Shown here in pieces: positions 51,701 through 55,042 of a stretch of DNA of 55,042 bases (positions are counted from its first letter, which is position 1; every line of letters begins with the position of its first letter). Under the pieces are notes generated by a model. It was not told where the DNA came from. It ran no database searches and was given only the letters and a program-made list of their open reading frames with translations. The translations under genes were made by a program, and so were the position numbers. Location: IMG/VR virus record IMGVR_UViG_3300045988_114880; one strand, 5' to 3'. Origin of the DNA: a virus.

Positions 51701-53931
51701 GGATGGTCATGGTCAAAGACGGGACTGACGGTAAGGACGGCAAAGGTTACGAGTGGATCTACACCCGTACCAACATCATCGGCCTTACCCCTGACAAGCC
51801 GGATTCGAAGCAGCAGGATGATTATATACCGGAAGGCTGGACAGATGATTTTCTTGGCGTGGATGCAGACCATCAGGTGGAATGGGCGTGCAAACGTGTG
51901 AAGCGTGATGGAGTATGGAGTGAATGGAGCACTCCGGCCCCTGTGCACCGTTGGAGTAAGGACGGGGAGTCGAATATCATGGCCGACCTTGACAATGAGA
52001 TGGTGAGCGTCGCTCTTACCAGTACCGGTGTTACTACTTCCGCACAGTCATGGACTACCCATGTATCCATGTGGTACGGTACCGAGAAACTCACCCTTGA
52101 GACTTTAACAGTCAGCACGCCTGCCGGTTTCACGGCAAGCACAAGCAAGGCCACCGGAGCGGTGGCGATATCCGTCGCTGCCGGAAAGTCGGTTCCGGAA
52201 CAGAATACGGTCACCATCACACTGGCTGCAATGAAGAACGGGCAGCTCTATACCCGTGAACTGACTTTCAAGATAACCGGTGTCCGTGGCGGGGCGGACG
52301 GTTCCGATGCGGTAATTTATAGCCTTGTCACTTCGGCCACGATGGTCAGCAAGAACAAGAACGGCGGTTACAGTGTAGCTTCGGTATCCTGCCGGCGTAT
52401 GAAGACAGTCGGTGCGGTCACTACGGCCACAACGGACGGGGAGTTGAAGTACAGTCGTGACGGTGCGGCCGAGGTTCCCATCGGTGATGGTGTCGGGGTG
52501 GCTTCCGGTAATTTTACCAGTAGCTTGAAGTTCGTGTTCTACGTGAACGGTCAGGCGGTTGATGTCGAGACTGTCCCGATGGTTGTGGACGGCAGTGACG
52601 GAAAGGATGGTGAGAGCATCACAGCAGCCGGTCATTGGGAATCCGCCAATACTCCGTATGCCAAGAACAGTACAGTATCGTTTGCCGGAGGATCTTACTT
52701 AAGCAAGGTTGAAACCTCCAACCCTCCGATTAAAATCGCCAAGTTCAGAAACGGCAGACTCCGCAGGAAAAGAGACGGCGGATACATCCTCGCCGGCAGA
52801 TCTGCGAACCGGACGGTACATGCGGACTGGCAGGAGATGGTTGCTCCCGTCGGACCGTCGGCATCCTACTGGCTGGACAGTCCTGTCAGCGTGATCAACT
52901 TCACTTCAACAGGCACGCCATCCCCGTCTGGATTCCTTGTCACTTGCAAACAGAATGTGGCAGGCAATGTAAGCACGTGCAGCACGCTTTATCTGGCTGC
53001 ACGCAAATACAACGGAAGCTGGCTGGCTCATGTAGGTGCGACACTGAACAGCCAGATATCCGTACCTGCGACAGCCGGATACACCCAGTTTGCCGTCCGG
53101 GCTTATAAATCAGCTTCCGATGCTGCTGCTTGGAATGACAATTATGTGGCCGAGAAGGGTGTGGGTGTTGCAAATGATGGTTCCATAGGAGCAACAGGAG
53201 CTACGGGTGCGTTCCCTTATGACAGAGGTGTATGGGCTTCCGGACAGACATACGTATGGAATGCAAAACAGCGTGACAAGATCATTCACAAAATAGGTGA
53301 AGTTTATTACAATTTTCTTGTGCGCAACTATGGAAGTTCTGTATCAGCGGCTCCTACATCCGCTAACGGAGATTCCAACTGGGAAGCCATGCAGAAATAC
53401 AAAAGTCTGGTAACCGACATATTCCTTGCTGATAAGGCGAACATAGCCGGATTTATGTTCAAGTTGAACGGATACACATCGGACGGGGCACCTTACGGTA
53501 TCATGCAGTCACAGGACAGCACTAACGGCCAGCCTAATCTGAGGATGGACACAAAGACCGGAGAGATTCTTTGTCAGAAAGCGAATATCACCGGGACTAT
53601 CATAGCGACAAAGGGGACAATTGGCGGATTCAATATCGGTAATAATTTTATCGGCAGCACTAATATGTCGGCTGTAAATGTTGATAATTTGTTGCTGCAA
53701 TACGACAAATTTGAAATGAAATACGAACGGTTCCAGTCAATAGACGGACATTTATACCAAGGTATTTTGGATACAGTAATTAGAAGTGGAAGTATAACTG
53801 TATCATCAACCGGGGATGTTTCAACAGCGAATGATACTCTGTATGTAAGATGTGGAAGTTATATTTTTTCAGTCGGGCGAAACGGAATTCGCAAGTCAAC
53901 GAATGGAGGAAGTACCTGGGTGGATTTATAA
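48736..53931 (+). CDS. Giant tail fibre / host-specificity protein with repeated carbohydrate-binding-like modules
   Basis: About 1730 aa; GDKGDPG collagen-like tract; duplicated GHWES..TPY...SK(V)xTSNPPIKIA.FRNG...DGGYILAG module; the ATG 48736 start is preferred over GTG 48679, which lies in the hairpin. Confidence 0.75.
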   Translation: MEQIDIKDISGAIQLTTLINEGCKRKFTLMKEDYIMLKFSLENPIYFKLGSYVECNFGLFEVCDLQKPAFNTNTAGYDYELQLDAYYWKWKNKIFKYTPETTGQEASWNLTAPLDVQVGIVLRNLKALGYTYKGQDFVFSIDSTVENKSQLMSYDNINILDACFEMAKKWDCECWVTENIIHFGRCESGDAVDFEIGKNVQEMSQSESQSTYATRIYAFGSTRNIPADYRPIDETVVVNGVVQRRLMLPEGTPYIDAYPDMTTEEAVEQVVIFDEVYPRRTGIMSDVTTIEVTDKVENEDGTTTEEKWNAYRFRDTGVNFSEKYILPGQELRIRFASGLLNGLEFAVKFNPEGKPEKLEDGGWNPEAQLWEIVRNEDYGRPLPGDVLFPQDGDEYVLSGWDSTKITELGLVGTAEQELKEKTEKYAAKSKIDPSTYGCTMMSNDAYREDGVHNFYSIGQKVNLINKAYFENGRQSRVIGFEFNLDYSFDSPVYTVGETAAYSRIGELEEKVESLTLKGQTYTGGGGSGVYVIGSHDSTPATDHNVYSALRSLIMFMRKDTEERTGFLLSLLGGTVIKKYAKFGDFVTGVSGGYIGEDARAELEALVLRSSLSVPELRFNRQTYFEGYNTISPGGGLKIKSFVANSDGSYTVIPDLEDGVPLGQKPDDILLGFWHDKSVTTGDFIGFRKIQYRITSADYDEKTFVMVPRPGYEFVPHNEMRLGQTGNFTDKERQTYIIIDVRDGNCCITLVDNANTWDPEPAQMKSWFGKKKGMTINGINCDRFSAVLQDIIMTGLIFQIDEITGSTVRVPIDFPSWEPGRKYAYYSRVPHNGSTWLCVNDKGTTSEPSENNPDWLVSAAKGDKGDPGLSVIGGGHWESSKTPYEVNTMVTLAGCVFISKVKTSNPPIKIARFRNGNYRKKKDGGYILAGKSADWTVHEDWEMLLDGRELKGESITFLGEFASHPSNPKEGDSYRNTADHCTYIYRNGLWMVMVKDGTDGKDGKGYEWIYTRTNIIGLTPDKPDSKQQDDYIPEGWTDDFLGVDADHQVEWACKRVKRDGVWSEWSTPAPVHRWSKDGESNIMADLDNEMVSVALTSTGVTTSAQSWTTHVSMWYGTEKLTLETLTVSTPAGFTASTSKATGAVAISVAAGKSVPEQNTVTITLAAMKNGQLYTRELTFKITGVRGGADGSDAVIYSLVTSATMVSKNKNGGYSVASVSCRRMKTVGAVTTATTDGELKYSRDGAAEVPIGDGVGVASGNFTSSLKFVFYVNGQAVDVETVPMVVDGSDGKDGESITAAGHWESANTPYAKNSTVSFAGGSYLSKVETSNPPIKIAKFRNGRLRRKRDGGYILAGRSANRTVHADWQEMVAPVGPSASYWLDSPVSVINFTSTGTPSPSGFLVTCKQNVAGNVSTCSTLYLAARKYNGSWLAHVGATLNSQISVPATAGYTQFAVRAYKSASDAAAWNDNYVAEKGVGVANDGSIGATGATGAFPYDRGVWASGQTYVWNAKQRDKIIHKIGEVYYNFLVRNYGSSVSAAPTSANGDSNWEAMQKYKSLVTDIFLADKANIAGFMFKLNGYTSDGAPYGIMQSQDSTNGQPNLRMDTKTGEILCQKANITGTIIATKGTIGGFNIGNNFIGSTNMSAVNVDNLLLQYDKFEMKYERFQSIDGHLYQGILDTVIRSGSITVSSTGDVSTANDTLYVRCGSYIFSVGRNGIRKSTNGGSTWVDL

Positions 53932-53949
53932 CATTTAAAATATTAAAGT

Positions 53950-54243
53950 ATGAGAATAAATTTTGCACAATTTCCTATTTACGACGGGATTAAGAAAGAA
54001 AAACTGATAGCCAACAACATCACTGAGGCCTACGGTGACTGGATATACAAGAACGTAGCGGGTTTGAAGGCGCATCTCCTTGCTGAGAAGATATTCAAAT
54101 CTACTGCTGAAGGTGTCGAGATTGACGAAGAAGAGGTGGATATCATAAGACGCTCCACCTCCATGCTGCCCGGTCTGCTGGCTGATTCTTTGAATGATTA
54201 TTTAGATAAAAAGGAGGAACAACATGAAAAAGGTATATTGTAA
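53950..54243 (+). CDS. Hypothetical acidic protein (97 aa)
   Basis: ORF after the fibre gene. Confidence 0.55.
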   Translation: MRINFAQFPIYDGIKKEKLIANNITEAYGDWIYKNVAGLKAHLLAEKIFKSTAEGVEIDEEEVDIIRRSTSMLPGLLADSLNDYLDKKEEQHEKGIL

Positions 54244-54643
54244 CAACCTTCTGGCAAAGGTGCTGCTTGCGTTCAGTTCTTGCCATACGATAACAATCGG
54301 TCCGTTTGTTTTAAGCAAGCGACCGGAAGAGAAAATCACTCAGAAAGTGAGAAACCATGAGTGTACCCACGCCCGTCAATGGGTTGAGATGGCAGTTGCC
54401 ATCGGTACAGTTATCTGGATCTTGCTGTTGTGTTTTGACCTTTCCGCCTGGTGGCTGGTACTGGCCGGGCTGGCATTCTATCTCTGGTATGGTGTGGAGT
54501 GGCTGGTCAGGGCGGTACGGTTGAAGGATGCCGGCAGGGCGTATAAGACGGTATCGTTTGAGAGGGAGGCATATTCCAACGAGGATGATCCGAATTATAT
54601 TGAGAACAGTAATTATTTTGCATGGGTGAAGTATTTGTTTTAA
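54224..54643 (+). CDS. Two-TM membrane protein with an HExxH-like motif
   Basis: NHECTHARQW followed by two hydrophobic helices. Confidence 0.5.
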   Translation: MKKVYCNNLLAKVLLAFSSCHTITIGPFVLSKRPEEKITQKVRNHECTHARQWVEMAVAIGTVIWILLLCFDLSAWWLVLAGLAFYLWYGVEWLVRAVRLKDAGRAYKTVSFEREAYSNEDDPNYIENSNYFAWVKYLF

Positions 54644-54659
54644 TTTTAAAATTTGCATT

Positions 54660-55042
54660 ATGGACTTGAATAATATAGTTGGCTTCAAAGCTGTGGATAA
54701 AAACGGCAACGAACGACAGGTGACCGTCGATGAGATGACAGAATTAGTTTCCGCACGGATTGTTTCCGCTGCATCAGAAATATCAACATTTGCTGCCGCT
54801 GCGGCAGCCGGAACAGATGAGTTTGAGGACCAGTTGCCCCAGTCCGACACCTTCTCTTGGCTCCGTACTTTGGACGGTTCCAAGAACCCAACTTTGACAT
54901 CTTCTTCGGCTGCCGCGAAAGTCCTGGGAGAACTTTTGGGAAATCCGAAGGGAACAAAATCGTTTTCTTCATGGAGTGAATTTACGGATTTTGTAAATGA
55001 AATGCCTATAAAAACAATTCAACCTTTCGTTTCCAATTTCAA
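54660..55042 (+). CDS. Constant N-terminal part of the invertible receptor-binding/tail-tip gene fused to cassette A (partial, runs off the contig)
   Basis: ATG 54660, with no stop before the window end; the core CTGGGAGAACTTTTG occupies codons 89-93. Confidence 0.7.
   Translation, partial: MDLNNIVGFKAVDKNGNERQVTVDEMTELVSARIVSAASEISTFAAAAAAGTDEFEDQLPQSDTFSWLRTLDGSKNPTLTSSSAAAKVLGELLGNPKGTKSFSSWSEFTDFVNEMPIKTIQPFVSNF
54924..54938 (+). repeat. 15-bp crossover core CTGGGAGAACTTTTG, expressed copy
   Basis: Identical to the inverted copies at 105..119 and 529..543. Confidence 0.75.
54924..55042. repeat. Terminal inverted repeat, right copy
   Basis: Perfect reverse complement of 1..119. Confidence 0.97.

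Larger units (their letters stand above)
1..55042 (+). mobile_element. Temperate tailed-phage genome (near complete; contig broken inside an invertible locus)
   Basis: Contiguous lysis, attP/integrase, CI repressor, replication, terminase, portal, capsid, tape-measure and fibre modules; no obvious host housekeeping genes. Confidence 0.9.

Noticed and set aside
51461-52635. Long alternative-frame and antisense ORFs inside the fibre gene (for example 51461..51901 on the plus strand, 52105..52635 and 51526..51948 on the minus strand)
   Set aside because: They are confined to the GC-rich fibre gene, where stop codons are rare. Their translations are Arg/Pro/Ser-rich and motif-free.
51300-52900. 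Possible diversity-generating retroelement (template/variable repeat pair) in the fibre gene
   Set aside because: The two repeat copies differ at many positions of all base types, not only at adenines. No reverse transcriptase gene is present anywhere in the window.
1-55042. Stop-codon recoding (suppressor tRNA-driven TAG/TGA reassignment) as seen in some gut phages
   Set aside because: All large genes are uninterrupted in the standard code, and none of the three tRNA-like genes shows a CTA/TCA/TTA anticodon in a proper loop. The single in-frame TGA at 42567 is treated as local readthrough instead.

Overview
This window reads as a nearly complete ~55-kb genome of a temperate, long-tailed (siphovirus-like) phage of a Bacteroidales-type host. 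Host-type clues are TAnnTTTG -7 promoter boxes, Bacteroides-style tyrosine recombinases and a DUF3127-type SSB. All functions come from motif and architecture recognition by eye; no database search was possible.

Gene order, mostly on the + strand:
- invertase-like recombinase (615)
- lysis cassette (2120-3610)
- terminator-like repeats and a small moron
- attP (3' fragment of a class II tRNA, 4665-4709) plus integrase (4861)
- leftward lysogeny operon with a LexA-like CI repressor (6325-9054, minus strand)
- early genes interspersed with structured non-coding stretches and tRNA-like genes
- recombination/replication module (11.7-20.6 kb): Sak4-like ATPase, PD-(D/E)XK nuclease, SSB, NinB/NinG, SF2 helicase, and an initiator gene with an internal iteron array
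- accessory block (20.6-31.6 kb): three DNA methyltransferases, HicAB, ASCH/DUF551 proteins and an XRE island
- packaging module: PAPS-reductase/ParB pair, TerS, TerL, portal
- HigBA moron
- head, neck (including a DUF2829/Tad2-like protein), tail, 1607-aa tape measure and ~1730-aa fibre

The strongest finding is at the contig ends. A perfect 119-bp terminal inverted repeat lies inside an open-ended ORF that follows the fibre genes. A 15-bp core (CTGGGAGAACTTTTG, coding LGELL) occurs three times. One copy sits in the expressed constant ORF. The other two are inverted, each in frame in front of a start-less C-terminal cassette, and lie about 70 bp from a second tyrosine recombinase. This looks like a multi-cassette, tyrosine-recombinase shufflon that switches a receptor-binding protein.

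Other items worth follow-up:
- an Ig-like domain encoded in frame directly behind the TGA stop of the major tail gene
- a C5-methyltransferase gene with a long second open frame that begins at an A9 tract
- a 9-nt motif (ACGATTATG) fused to 11 start codons
- a conserved 30-nt hairpin at three module boundaries
- three non-canonical tRNA-like genes
- a C5-methyltransferase with seven tandem TRD-like repeats
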